Of a stretch of 64,000 bases of DNA, positions 50,343-60,135 are shown piece by piece. Position 1 is the stretch's first letter. Each line of letters starts with the position of its first letter. The notes under the pieces were generated by a model. The model was not told the DNA's origin and did no database searches. It saw only the letters and a program-made list of their open reading frames with translations. This DNA is from Spirochaetota bacterium (GTDB taxonomy: Bacteria > Spirochaetota > UBA6919 > CBDBPB01): contig CBDBPB010000009.1 in the NCBI GenBank assembly GCA_965208615.1, forward strand, positions 32,001-96,000, read 5' to 3'. A program made the translations under genes and the position numbers.

Positions 50343-52106
50343 TCACTTTTTAACAGCGTATATCTCAAATGTATCCCCCATCCCCGCCTTTTTTAATAAC
50401 CATATAAGAATCTGACTAACAAAGGGAATCATCTTTAAAAACCTATACAAAAAAGAAGGCAAAAACCTGTTAATATGAACCCCAGTAATAACTACTTTCC
50501 TTATCCTGAAACCCAAAGACCTCAATAACATAGACAAAGACTTCGGAGAAAACTCTATATAATGATCCTTTGGTATACTATTTATATAGCTCGCTTTATT
50601 AGCCCTAAAACTAATCCCATTAGAATTGGGAGTAGATAAGGCAAGTAACCCTCCCCTCTTAAGAGAACTGTGTATAGCACTCAATATAAATAAAAAATCC
50701 CTGTTATGCTCAATAAAATACCAAGCAACTATAATATCATATTCATTTTTAGCTAAAGTCAGTTGGCTAACATCGGCATTTATAAGCCCTAAACCTAACT
50801 CATCCCTCGCATAACTAATGGCATACTCAGAAAGCTCAACTCCCTCAACATCGTATCCACATTGCCTTGCCATCTCTAAAAAAAAACCTAATGCACATCC
50901 CAACTCTAATAACTTAAAGCCGCTTTTGCGTATGCCGTTGATAACATTAAGACGCCTTCTATTCAATACATTAATCTGATCCTTATCCTCTAAATAAGTT
51001 CTACCGTACTGATTAGCGTATTGAACCGTAAAATAATCACTGTCATACTCCCCCTCATAATAATATCCAGGACTCCTATATGCACTGCAACAACCAAAAC
51101 AATAATAGTGGTTAAACCAATCATCCCTATCATAAATAAATCCAAGATGTCCACAAATAGGACATAACTCATCCTCCCTGCTGATAAGACTATTAATAAT
51201 ATTAACTATCCTATTTCCTCCATCAAGATCAAGAGTAATAGCGTTAGACAAAGGACTAGCCCTATTAAGATATGACCTAAGACTATTAAGAATATCGTAT
51301 TTCCTTATCTGATCAGCAACTCCCAAGTTAATAATTCCCTCTAACTCATTGGCTAAACCATTGTGATAGCTCGTGGGATTTATAACTACAACCGGAGTAC
51401 CAATATATACAGCCTCGTAAACAGTAAGACCAAATGATGTAATAACTATATCACTATGCTGTATTTCATAATAAAAATTAGAATTATAGTCCATTACCTC
51501 TACATTGTCCCACTCCCTAATACCTCTATATAAAGGCCCCAATATAACAGTCAGACTATATGAATGATCAAATCCCTTTAATATATCTACAGTAAAGGAT
51601 GTAAGCCCATAAGGATCCTCACCTCCAAATGTTATAATAATCCTATTATAGCTATTATAACCCCTCTTATAACGAGCAATAGACTTATCCATAATAAAAT
51701 ACTCCAACCCGCTAAAATTAGCAATTGCCTTATCTATAACAGGTAGTACGTTAATATTAATATCAGAATAAGCCAATCCGCTGCCATGATCATCAATGGA
51801 TAGTACTTTTGTATGCCTTTTAAGCCTCTTAGTAAAAGAAATATCAGAATCCCTACAGTCCAATACCACCAAAGATGGACTATGCCGCCTAACAAGCCTT
51901 ATAAAATTATAGCTATTCTTGTAAATGTCGAATAATATAGATCTCGTCTCTAAATATTTATACGCAAGCTCATCGCCGTCAATAATAAAATATACACCAT
52001 AATATGACTTAATAAGCTTGAATAACTCTATAGCCCTTTTTAAATGACCAAAACCATATCCCTTTCCAGCTTTCACAAATAGTAAAATATGCTTTCCATT
52101 TTCCAT
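50343..52106 (-). CDS. PseG/SpsG-like GT-B domain fused to class I SAM methyltransferase
   Basis: GYGFGHLKRA, ITFGGEDP, GLTVYEA; CPIC..CFGC; LLELGCALGFFL, WYFIEH, LSTPN. Confidence 0.82.
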   Translation of the reverse strand: MENGKHILLFVKAGKGYGFGHLKRAIELFKLIKSYYGVYFIIDGDELAYKYLETRSILFDIYKNSYNFIRLVRRHSPSLVVLDCRDSDISFTKRLKRHTKVLSIDDHGSGLAYSDININVLPVIDKAIANFSGLEYFIMDKSIARYKRGYNSYNRIIITFGGEDPYGLTSFTVDILKGFDHSYSLTVILGPLYRGIREWDNVEVMDYNSNFYYEIQHSDIVITSFGLTVYEAVYIGTPVVVINPTSYHNGLANELEGIINLGVADQIRKYDILNSLRSYLNRASPLSNAITLDLDGGNRIVNIINSLISREDELCPICGHLGFIYDRDDWFNHYYCFGCCSAYRSPGYYYEGEYDSDYFTVQYANQYGRTYLEDKDQINVLNRRRLNVINGIRKSGFKLLELGCALGFFLEMARQCGYDVEGVELSEYAISYARDELGLGLINADVSQLTLAKNEYDIIVAWYFIEHNRDFLFILSAIHSSLKRGGLLALSTPNSNGISFRANKASYINSIPKDHYIEFSPKSLSMLLRSLGFRIRKVVITGVHINRFLPSFLYRFLKMIPFVSQILIWLLKKAGMGDTFEIYAVKK

Positions 52107-52114
52107 AGGCCAAT

Positions 52115-52555
52115 TTACTCTAAATTATCCTCCATAATACCCTCAACAATCTTAACTACATCTTCAATAAAAGTATTACAACAATCCCTCTTAGCCCTGG
52201 CAATCTTAAATCCTTCAGCAGTACTAATATCACAGTCAAGAAGTTTATTACAATCAGTCTCCTTATGTATATCCTTAAACTCTTTTGTAAAATCCATTAT
52301 CTTAGTTTGAGTCTTGCTTTTAGATAACTTATCATGATTATTAGCAGTTCCATACTTCATCCCCAAAACCATATATGCACCAGTCAAAGCACCACAAGTT
52401 AAACCCATCCTTGCAATACCCCCGCCAAATGATGTTGCTAACTTAAAAAAAAGCTCATTATCTATATTAAAATCTTTGGTAAAAGCAGATAAAATAGATT
52501 GAGTGCAGTTAAACCCCTTTTTAAAGTTATAAAGAGCAGTCTCACCCCTTGTCAT
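52115..52555 (-). CDS. C-GCAxxG-C-C family putative redox protein
   Basis: FNCTQS, FGGG, TCGALTGA, two further Cys positions. Confidence 0.9.
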   Translation of the reverse strand: MTRGETALYNFKKGFNCTQSILSAFTKDFNIDNELFFKLATSFGGGIARMGLTCGALTGAYMVLGMKYGTANNHDKLSKSKTQTKIMDFTKEFKDIHKETDCNKLLDCDISTAEGFKIARAKRDCCNTFIEDVVKIVEGIMEDNLE

Positions 52556-52616
52556 AATAACCCCCTAAATAAAAATATAGCCATATATATAAAATAATTA
52601 AAATACAAACAATAAA

Positions 52617-53906
52617 CTATATAATAATTCCAGCCATACAAGCAGTCATAAACCCTGCTAACAATCCGCCCAGAAGAGACTTTAAGCCTAACTTTGCAAG
52701 CTCGTGAGACCTCTTTGGCACCATTGAACTAATACCTCCAATCATAACCCCTACTGATGCAAAATTAGCAAATCCGCAAAGTGCATAAGATAAAATAATC
52801 CCAGAACGCTCTGAAAAAACCTTAGCCTCATTATTAATAAGCTTAGCCAAGTGATCATAAGCAACCCACTCGTTAATAATAGTCTTTTCAGCTAAAAGAA
52901 TACCAGCCTTAACAGCCTCATCCCAAGGTATACCAAGTAAAAATGCCACAGGTGCAAAAATATAACCAGCTATCCCCTGAATAGTAATAGGATTAGTAAT
53001 TCCAAACCACTTTTGAGGTGCAGTTACAAAATGATTAACAAAAAAAATCAATGCCACAAAAGCTAAAAGAATAGCCCCTATATTTAGGGCTAATTTAACA
53101 CCATCCTTTGCCCCAGTAGCAGCCGCATCCAATATGTTAACAGTTTTAATAGGTATATTAACTTTTATATGCCCATAGGTCTCCGGTCTATCGGTTTCAG
53201 GAATTAGCATTTTAGCTAAAATAAATGCGGCCGGTGCACTCATAACACTAGCTGTTATTAAATGTCCTGCTATATTGGGTATGGCATCCTTAAGTAGAGC
53301 CACATACATAGCAAATACAGTACCTGCAACAGTAGCCATTCCGCTAACCATTATAGCAAATAACTCAGACCTTGTAAGCCTCTCTAAAAAAGGCCTTATG
53401 GCAAGTGCAGACTCCACCATCCCTACAAATATGTTTGATGCCACTGCTAAACTCTCAGCTCCACTGGTTTTCATAGCCTTGGACATAATAACAGCAAAAA
53501 AATTAATAATATACTGCATAATACCAAGGTGGTATAAAATAGCCGTAAGAGATGATAAAAAAATTAATATCGGAAGTGCTCTAAATATAAAATTGTTAAA
53601 TAATGGCTCGTCTATAGGACTCCTAGCTAATAAAAAAGTCATTCCCTCATCAGTAAAGCCCAAAAGAACTATAATCATATCATTAATATTGCTAAATAAC
53701 CATCCACCTGGACTCATTTTCAGTCCAGTAATATCCTTTAGCCAAATATTAAAAAAACTATTAGGAATTATAATTATTCCAATAAAAAACTGAAAAGCAA
53801 AACCCCAAAAAACTAACTTCCAATTTATATTCTTCCTAGAACTAGATAAAATGTATGCCACAACTACTATAGTAAGACAGCCCATAAAACTAATAAGCCT
53901 ATACAT
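52617..53906 (-). CDS. nupC: CNT/NupC family nucleoside transporter
   Basis: SGAES..NIFVGMVES, GMATVAG, ALCGFANFAS. Confidence 0.92.
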   Translation of the reverse strand: MYRLISFMGCLTIVVVAYILSSSRKNINWKLVFWGFAFQFFIGIIIIPNSFFNIWLKDITGLKMSPGGWLFSNINDMIIVLLGFTDEGMTFLLARSPIDEPLFNNFIFRALPILIFLSSLTAILYHLGIMQYIINFFAVIMSKAMKTSGAESLAVASNIFVGMVESALAIRPFLERLTRSELFAIMVSGMATVAGTVFAMYVALLKDAIPNIAGHLITASVMSAPAAFILAKMLIPETDRPETYGHIKVNIPIKTVNILDAAATGAKDGVKLALNIGAILLAFVALIFFVNHFVTAPQKWFGITNPITIQGIAGYIFAPVAFLLGIPWDEAVKAGILLAEKTIINEWVAYDHLAKLINNEAKVFSERSGIILSYALCGFANFASVGVMIGGISSMVPKRSHELAKLGLKSLLGGLLAGFMTACMAGIII

Positions 53907-54010
53907 CTATCCCCCAATTTAAGTTAATAAATAAAAATAACAAAAAATTAATGACCTTTATAGTTAATTTTGTTAATTTTAGCTTATAATATAAACCTAA
54001 GGAAAAAATA

Positions 54011-54481
54011 ATGAACGAATCCGATATCCAAGCCTTGCTTAAAAAACTTGGTGATTATATAGAAGAAATAAAAACTATATTTAATAATAATCCTGAAGAA
54101 AAATTATGCCATAAAATAAACAATAATACATGGTCACCTAAAGAAATTTTAGGACATCTATTTGACGTTGAAATCGTTTATATATATCGCCTAAATAAAA
54201 TTATAGAATCTGATAATAGCCCCTCATTCGATATGATAAAACCTAGTGTTTGGGTGAATAGCCATAACTATAACTCATGGGATAGTCCATTGCTAATAGA
54301 TGGAATAATAGCTATGAGGCGTAACCTAATATATTGGCTTGGTAGAGTGGATAAGTCAGCATGGTCAAAAGAAAGCCTACACAATGTTAGAGGTACTGAG
54401 TCCTTTAGAACAATAGTAGAACATATTACTAAACATACCGAAAGCCACTTTAATCAAATAAAAGATAGGCTAAATATATAG
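54011..54481 (+). CDS. DinB family protein
   Basis: WSPKEILGHL, H...H...QI metal motif. Confidence 0.85.
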   Translation: MNESDIQALLKKLGDYIEEIKTIFNNNPEEKLCHKINNNTWSPKEILGHLFDVEIVYIYRLNKIIESDNSPSFDMIKPSVWVNSHNYNSWDSPLLIDGIIAMRRNLIYWLGRVDKSAWSKESLHNVRGTESFRTIVEHITKHTESHFNQIKDRLNI

Positions 54482-55246
54482 ATGGATTTTAGTAAAACTG
54501 CTTTTAGGTGTGTAGAAGAGACAAAAAGTATATTTATAAATGGTTATCATAGCTTAAAAACTATAGAGTATAAAGGAGATATTAACCCAGTTACCTCTGT
54601 TGATAAAGCTGTTGAAAATAAAATTATTAGCATTATACGTTCTGATCACCCCTATCATAATATTCTCACCGAAGAAAGTAAACCCTTAAATCAATCTAGT
54701 GAGTATAGGTGGATTATTGATCCATTAGATGGTACAGTGAACTTTGCACATAACATCCCCCACTTTGCCCTCTCTATTGCTTTAGAATACAGGAGTATAA
54801 TGATCTTAGGCATTGTATACAACCCCATGACCAATGAACTATTCTTTTCTGAAAAAAATAATGGGGCTTATCTTAATAATAAAAAAATAGCTGTCTCTCA
54901 TATTAAGAATATTAAACATAGTCTTATTGCAACTGGTTTTCCTTATGATAGCTGGATAAATGCTGATCTTTATTCTAACGAGTTAAATAAGTTTTTAAAA
55001 ACTGTCCAGGGTATAAGACGTGCAGGAGTAGCCTCCTTAGACCTTTGCTATTTGGCTTGTGGACGCTATGATGGCTTTTGGGAAAGAAAATTAAGCCCCT
55101 GGGATGTTGCCGCATCAATATTATTAATTGAAGAGGCTGGAGGTAAGGTATCCAACTTCTTAGGGGATAAATATACCTTTTCTCAGGATAATATTATAGC
55201 CTCAAACAACCATATACACAACGATATGATTAAAATATTAAATTAG
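54482..55246 (+). CDS. suhB: Inositol monophosphatase
   Basis: WIIDPLDGTVNF, TGFPY, WDVAA..LIEEAGG. Confidence 0.92.
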   Translation: MDFSKTAFRCVEETKSIFINGYHSLKTIEYKGDINPVTSVDKAVENKIISIIRSDHPYHNILTEESKPLNQSSEYRWIIDPLDGTVNFAHNIPHFALSIALEYRSIMILGIVYNPMTNELFFSEKNNGAYLNNKKIAVSHIKNIKHSLIATGFPYDSWINADLYSNELNKFLKTVQGIRRAGVASLDLCYLACGRYDGFWERKLSPWDVAASILLIEEAGGKVSNFLGDKYTFSQDNIIASNNHIHNDMIKILN

Positions 55247-55902
55247 TTTCCAAGCTATAATTTAATATGGAAAGTTAAATGATATATAAATTAGGTAAAT
55301 TTAATTTTAATAGTTGAAAAATTATAAAAAAAAGTTAACTAATATATATATATATATTTCTTTTTAAGAAAAAAAAAAGGCGATCATATTAACGTTACTG
55401 GGAGGGGATAGTTAATACGAATTCGCCTTCCATACTTATGATTATTAACCTCAATAAAATTATTCGGTAATTAATATGGTGCAACTTAATAACCTAATAT
55501 TTTTTTTTTAGCTTTTTGATAATAAACTTTTTAAATGTTTTATGATATATTAGTGATTAAACTATTAAATTATATTATACAAGCTAGATAAACAATTATT
55601 ATAAGATTTTTTTTTATAGTAATATGCTATTTTTTTATTGTTTATAGTAAAGTTGTTGTAAACTATGGAGCAGTAAGGCGTATAAAAATATTTAGATTTT
55701 GTTTAACCATGTCGAAAATTATGATAACAATGGTAATACTAAAAAAATTAAAGAATTATTTTATATATACCGTTAGTTTATGTTAATTATAGAGTATGAC
55801 AGGTTAAATTTATACTTTTTTAATAAACTAGTATTAATAGTTAAATATATTGTTTATTAGCTCTAAAAAGACTTATAGTAAAATTATTTGGAGGTTTCCT
55901 TC

Positions 55903-58900
55903 ATGGAAAATGAAGAGATAACTGACAACATTGATGATGAAATAGAAGATGATGAAGAGACTGATAACAAAAACTCTATTATAAATGATCTTTTTAGTGG
56001 AATAGACCTCCCTGGCGATAAAGAACGTATATCTACTAAAAACGATTATAAAAACGAACAAGCTTTAGAAAATATAGAAAGTACTGAAATAGATGAAGAC
56101 GATAATAGATTTTATGACCCTGCTCCACTTGTTGAGTATAATAGACCAGAACTAAAAACTGATAAAAAAAGACATATTACCACTAATGACCTAAATAAAC
56201 TATTCTCAGACTATGATAGAACTATAGCTGGAGGAAAACCTGATAATCAAGAACCAATTTTTGGTAAAGATATTGAACCTGAAAAAAAAATAGCTGACCT
56301 CCCAGAACTTCAAAACCAAAAACTATTTAATGAAAAGCCCTATGATTCACTGGTAGATGAGGAATTGTCACCTAATATGGGGCAAGAAGAACCTGAAAGT
56401 ACACAGAATATTGAAGAGGATAATATAATAAGTGATTTTGATGAAAAATTTGATGAGACACCTATAGATATACCAAAAAAAGACTTTAGTGATATAGCCT
56501 CTGAGGAAGATGAACAAAAAACTAGTACCGATTTTGACGACATGGATGACCTCATAGAAGAAATAGACAAAGTTGAAGATAAAAATAACATTGAAGATGA
56601 AGATACAGAATCAGAATTTAGTGATTTAATTGCAATAAATAGTGATAAAGAAAATGATAAAAAAAGTACTACTACCCTTGATGAACTAGAAGGTGCTGTT
56701 AAACCACTAAAAAATGAATTTGATCTTATACCTAAAATAGAAGAGATAGAAGAACTTATTGAAAGTCAAGAAGAATCCCCTACAGTAGAGCCTACAACAG
56801 AAGAAGATATACAAAAAGAAGAACCTAGTTTAGTAGAAGAACTAATAGAAGAACCTAGTTTAGTAGAAGAACCAATAAAGGATATCCCCGAACTAGATGA
56901 TAAATCTTTAGAAAGTAGTAGCTTTGATTTGAAAGATAACCTTAACCTCTCTGATATAAGTGCTGAAAAACAAACTATAGAAAAAGAACTTATAGAAGAG
57001 CCTCAAAAAGAAAAGGTTATAGACCTGCAAGATGAAATTACCAATGATAAAGAGCTTTATTTTACCGATAAAGAAATTGAAACCATACAAAAAAACTTGC
57101 AGAGCCTAGCAAGTCCTATTTCTGATATTGCAACTGATGTAATTGTTAATGAAAAACTAGAAGTACCAATGCTTAATAGTCTTACCGCTCTCCTATTGGA
57201 ACCAAAACCCAATATCGATAAAATTAAGACATTTATCGAGGATAATGTAGGAATTAGTATTAAAGATAAGTATCCAACAAAAATACAAAAAGAGCCTAAG
57301 CCATCTACTAGTAATAAAGCTTTTATCACTATTGCAGCATTAGTTATTATTGCTGTTGGTACTCTTCTATACTATTTGCTGCTTGATCATAGGACAGCTA
57401 AAACAGAAAACTATGAAATTGGTCTTGGTCATATTCACACAGCTATTCCCAATTACTCATACGCTGAACAAAAGTTTAATCAGGCTAAAAAAGCTAGTAA
57501 TAAAAAAGATATTAACTGGTATAATAAATATGCTGAAGAGTATATTATAAGAGGAGATGAAAAAGCAATAGAGCTTGCTGAAAAAAAACTAATTGAAGCA
57601 GAAAAGATTGATCCGAAAAATAAAGATACAAGAAGTTTGTTTGCAAAGCTATATACACAAAAAGCACAGATTTTAGCATATAATAATAAAAATGGTGTGA
57701 ATAGATCTTTTGAGTTAGCTTTTAGTAAAGGTTTTAATCATATAGAAGAAAATGACAATACCCTAGATCAAAAAGCAAGGACATATATTACTTTCGGAGA
57801 TATTTTACTAAAAAAAAATAAAGAAACTGATGCCAAAGAGCAATATAATAAAGCTGAGAATATATATAAAAAAATAAGCTCTTCTAATAAGGATAGCCTA
57901 TTAGCGCTATATGGAAGTTTAAGACTTTCTTTACGTCCTAATAAATCAAACCCAGATGATATTTATAATAGTATTAAAAATCATGATATAAGTGATGCAG
58001 ATGAGGTCGCCATTACTGAATATGCAACTGACTTACTTAATAGAAATCGACAAGATAAAGCCTTAGATGTTTTAAAAATAGTAATAAATAAGGATAAGCC
58101 GTATCCTGAGGCCTACTATGCACTTGGAAGGCTATATAAACAAAAACCTGTTGACATAAATAAAAGCTTAAAAAGCTATCAAAAAGGACTATTAGCCTAT
58201 TACATTAACTATTTTTTTGATGCTAGCCATAAAAGCTTTGCCGACCTTAATAAAGGTAAAACACCTCAAGATCAGGCAGAATCCTTTAAAAATAATATGT
58301 CTAAGGCAATTACTCTAATCAAATATGATATGAACCCTATTAATAATGTAGTACAAGCTAAAATATTTAACGATATTGGTGAAAACTATTTGTACAAGTC
58401 TAATGATTTATCAAATCGCATACCCAGAGAAAAAGAATATAAAAAAGATCTAATATCAGTTGCAAAAAAGAACTTTTATTTTTCTATTAGTAAAGAAAAT
58501 AAAAACTATAAGCCATTAGAGAATCTAGGTAATCTTTCGTACTCCGAAGCCATAAACAGCCCTAAACCACAACCAGATGCCGAAACTGTAGAAGAAGGCT
58601 TAAAAACAATATATCAAAAACCAAAGAAATACTACTTTTATGCCATTAATTTGATGACTAACAAAGGTAAGCCTAATAATGATAATATTAATGACTTATT
58701 AATAAAAGAAGCAGGAAGTAATAAAGTTAGCCCAACTCTATATTATAGAATGGGTTATATTTATTACAAAGAAGGGAAATATAAAAATGCTTCGGCTGTT
58801 TGGCAAGCCGTTAAATCAAGTGATGAAAAGTTTAATCCAAACCTAAACTTTGGTTTAGCCAATTCTTATTTAAAAGAACAGGAGTATGAGTTAGCTCAAA

Positions 58901-59274
58901 TGTATTATCAAAATGTAATTGATAGCTTTAAGAGTCTCGCTAACAAATATGAGTCTAACCCTGATCCATCCAACCCTATACAAAAAAAGGTTTATGCAAG
59001 GCTTGCTAGTGCCCATAATAACATTGGAGTAAGCCATCATATGCGGGCAGAAAAATATAATAACTCCAAATTTAAAGATGATGCACTATATCACTATCAA
59101 ATGGCTCACCAATACTATTCAAAGCTGGATCACAAAGCATATTTGCATGCAAAAGCATGGAACACAAAATTATTAAATTGGGTACAAAATAGAAGTATTA
59201 CACTTAAACAACGAAATACTTCAATAGATAGAATGCTCTTAGGCAGAGTCGAACCCTATTTAAACTCTGATTAG
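55903..59274 (+). CDS. flcA: FlcA-like periplasmic-flagellum collar protein (acidic N-terminal region, single TM, TPR region)
   Basis: Long acidic region, FTDKEIETIQKNL helix before the TM, many TPRs; SD GGAGGT before ATG 55903; orthology judged from architecture only. Confidence 0.6.
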   Translation: MENEEITDNIDDEIEDDEETDNKNSIINDLFSGIDLPGDKERISTKNDYKNEQALENIESTEIDEDDNRFYDPAPLVEYNRPELKTDKKRHITTNDLNKLFSDYDRTIAGGKPDNQEPIFGKDIEPEKKIADLPELQNQKLFNEKPYDSLVDEELSPNMGQEEPESTQNIEEDNIISDFDEKFDETPIDIPKKDFSDIASEEDEQKTSTDFDDMDDLIEEIDKVEDKNNIEDEDTESEFSDLIAINSDKENDKKSTTTLDELEGAVKPLKNEFDLIPKIEEIEELIESQEESPTVEPTTEEDIQKEEPSLVEELIEEPSLVEEPIKDIPELDDKSLESSSFDLKDNLNLSDISAEKQTIEKELIEEPQKEKVIDLQDEITNDKELYFTDKEIETIQKNLQSLASPISDIATDVIVNEKLEVPMLNSLTALLLEPKPNIDKIKTFIEDNVGISIKDKYPTKIQKEPKPSTSNKAFITIAALVIIAVGTLLYYLLLDHRTAKTENYEIGLGHIHTAIPNYSYAEQKFNQAKKASNKKDINWYNKYAEEYIIRGDEKAIELAEKKLIEAEKIDPKNKDTRSLFAKLYTQKAQILAYNNKNGVNRSFELAFSKGFNHIEENDNTLDQKARTYITFGDILLKKNKETDAKEQYNKAENIYKKISSSNKDSLLALYGSLRLSLRPNKSNPDDIYNSIKNHDISDADEVAITEYATDLLNRNRQDKALDVLKIVINKDKPYPEAYYALGRLYKQKPVDINKSLKSYQKGLLAYYINYFFDASHKSFADLNKGKTPQDQAESFKNNMSKAITLIKYDMNPINNVVQAKIFNDIGENYLYKSNDLSNRIPREKEYKKDLISVAKKNFYFSISKENKNYKPLENLGNLSYSEAINSPKPQPDAETVEEGLKTIYQKPKKYYFYAINLMTNKGKPNNDNINDLLIKEAGSNKVSPTLYYRMGYIYYKEGKYKNASAVWQAVKSSDEKFNPNLNFGLANSYLKEQEYELAQMYYQNVIDSFKSLANKYESNPDPSNPIQKKVYARLASAHNNIGVSHHMRAEKYNNSKFKDDALYHYQMAHQYYSKLDHKAYLHAKAWNTKLLNWVQNRSITLKQRNTSIDRMLLGRVEPYLNSD
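56818..56877 (+). repeat. In-frame 30-bp tandem duplication (EEPSLVEELI/EEPSLVEEPI)
   Basis: GAAGAACCTAGTTTAGTAGAAGAAC(T/C)AATA twice. Confidence 0.9.
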
Positions 59275-59433
59275 CCCATGCAATTTGTTTTTTTTTATAA
59301 AATACTTAAGAAAAATAATAATTAGTTTCAACATTTAGCAAATAAAGCTTTTCATAAAAGCCATCATTATATTATATTAATAATAAATTAAACTAATTAA
59401 ACCATTGATAACTTTTTTAAATAAATTAAGATT

Positions 59434-60132
59434 ATGACTCAAAAAGATAATACAATCATGAATAAGTTTTTAGAGTTTTTTTATAGCCCGTATATAATTA
59501 TATTCATTGGAGTTATATTAATCAACTTATCATTATTCTTTCCTTATCTTGCTATAATAGACGGAACTAATAAGATTTTAATTAGTGTTAATAAGTTGCT
59601 CGTTAACTTTCTTGAAAAGGATATTATTATAACAATCATATTAGTTTTACTTTTTTATCCATTTACTTACAGTATGTTAGTTATTTTATTTATACCCTTT
59701 AACATAAAGAAAAATAAACTAATCCATCTTAGAAAGCCAGCAATCTTAGTGAACTATCTTGGCATGATAATTAACTTCTTTATTTATTTCGGTTGGTATT
59801 TTAGTTATCCAAGAAAAGGTGTTATAGGATTATTATTCGGCATTATCATAATTGGAACAATGTTATTTCTATACTATTATTATGGGCGAACCATAAAGGC
59901 TCAAAAAGAAATGTGGGTTAAAATAGTTTATCTGGTTGCAAGAGGAAGCTGGTTAAATCTAATTTCTTTCATTCTTATCATATCAATTATAGTTTATTCG
60001 GATAAACTGAGCTTAATGCTAGGGTCTTATATATCCCTAATGGGAGCAATATTTATAATATCGGGACTAAACCTTTATATTTATTATAACAAATATAAAA
60101 ATAAAAGTAGTTTTGTTGATCTCCCTGAATAG
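59434..60132 (+). CDS. Hypothetical integral membrane protein (about 6 TM)
   Basis: Multiple hydrophobic helices. Confidence 0.72.
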   Translation: MTQKDNTIMNKFLEFFYSPYIIIFIGVILINLSLFFPYLAIIDGTNKILISVNKLLVNFLEKDIIITIILVLLFYPFTYSMLVILFIPFNIKKNKLIHLRKPAILVNYLGMIINFFIYFGWYFSYPRKGVIGLLFGIIIIGTMLFLYYYYGRTIKAQKEMWVKIVYLVARGSWLNLISFILIISIIVYSDKLSLMLGSYISLMGAIFIISGLNLYIYYNKYKNKSSFVDLPE

Positions 60133-60135
60133 CCC

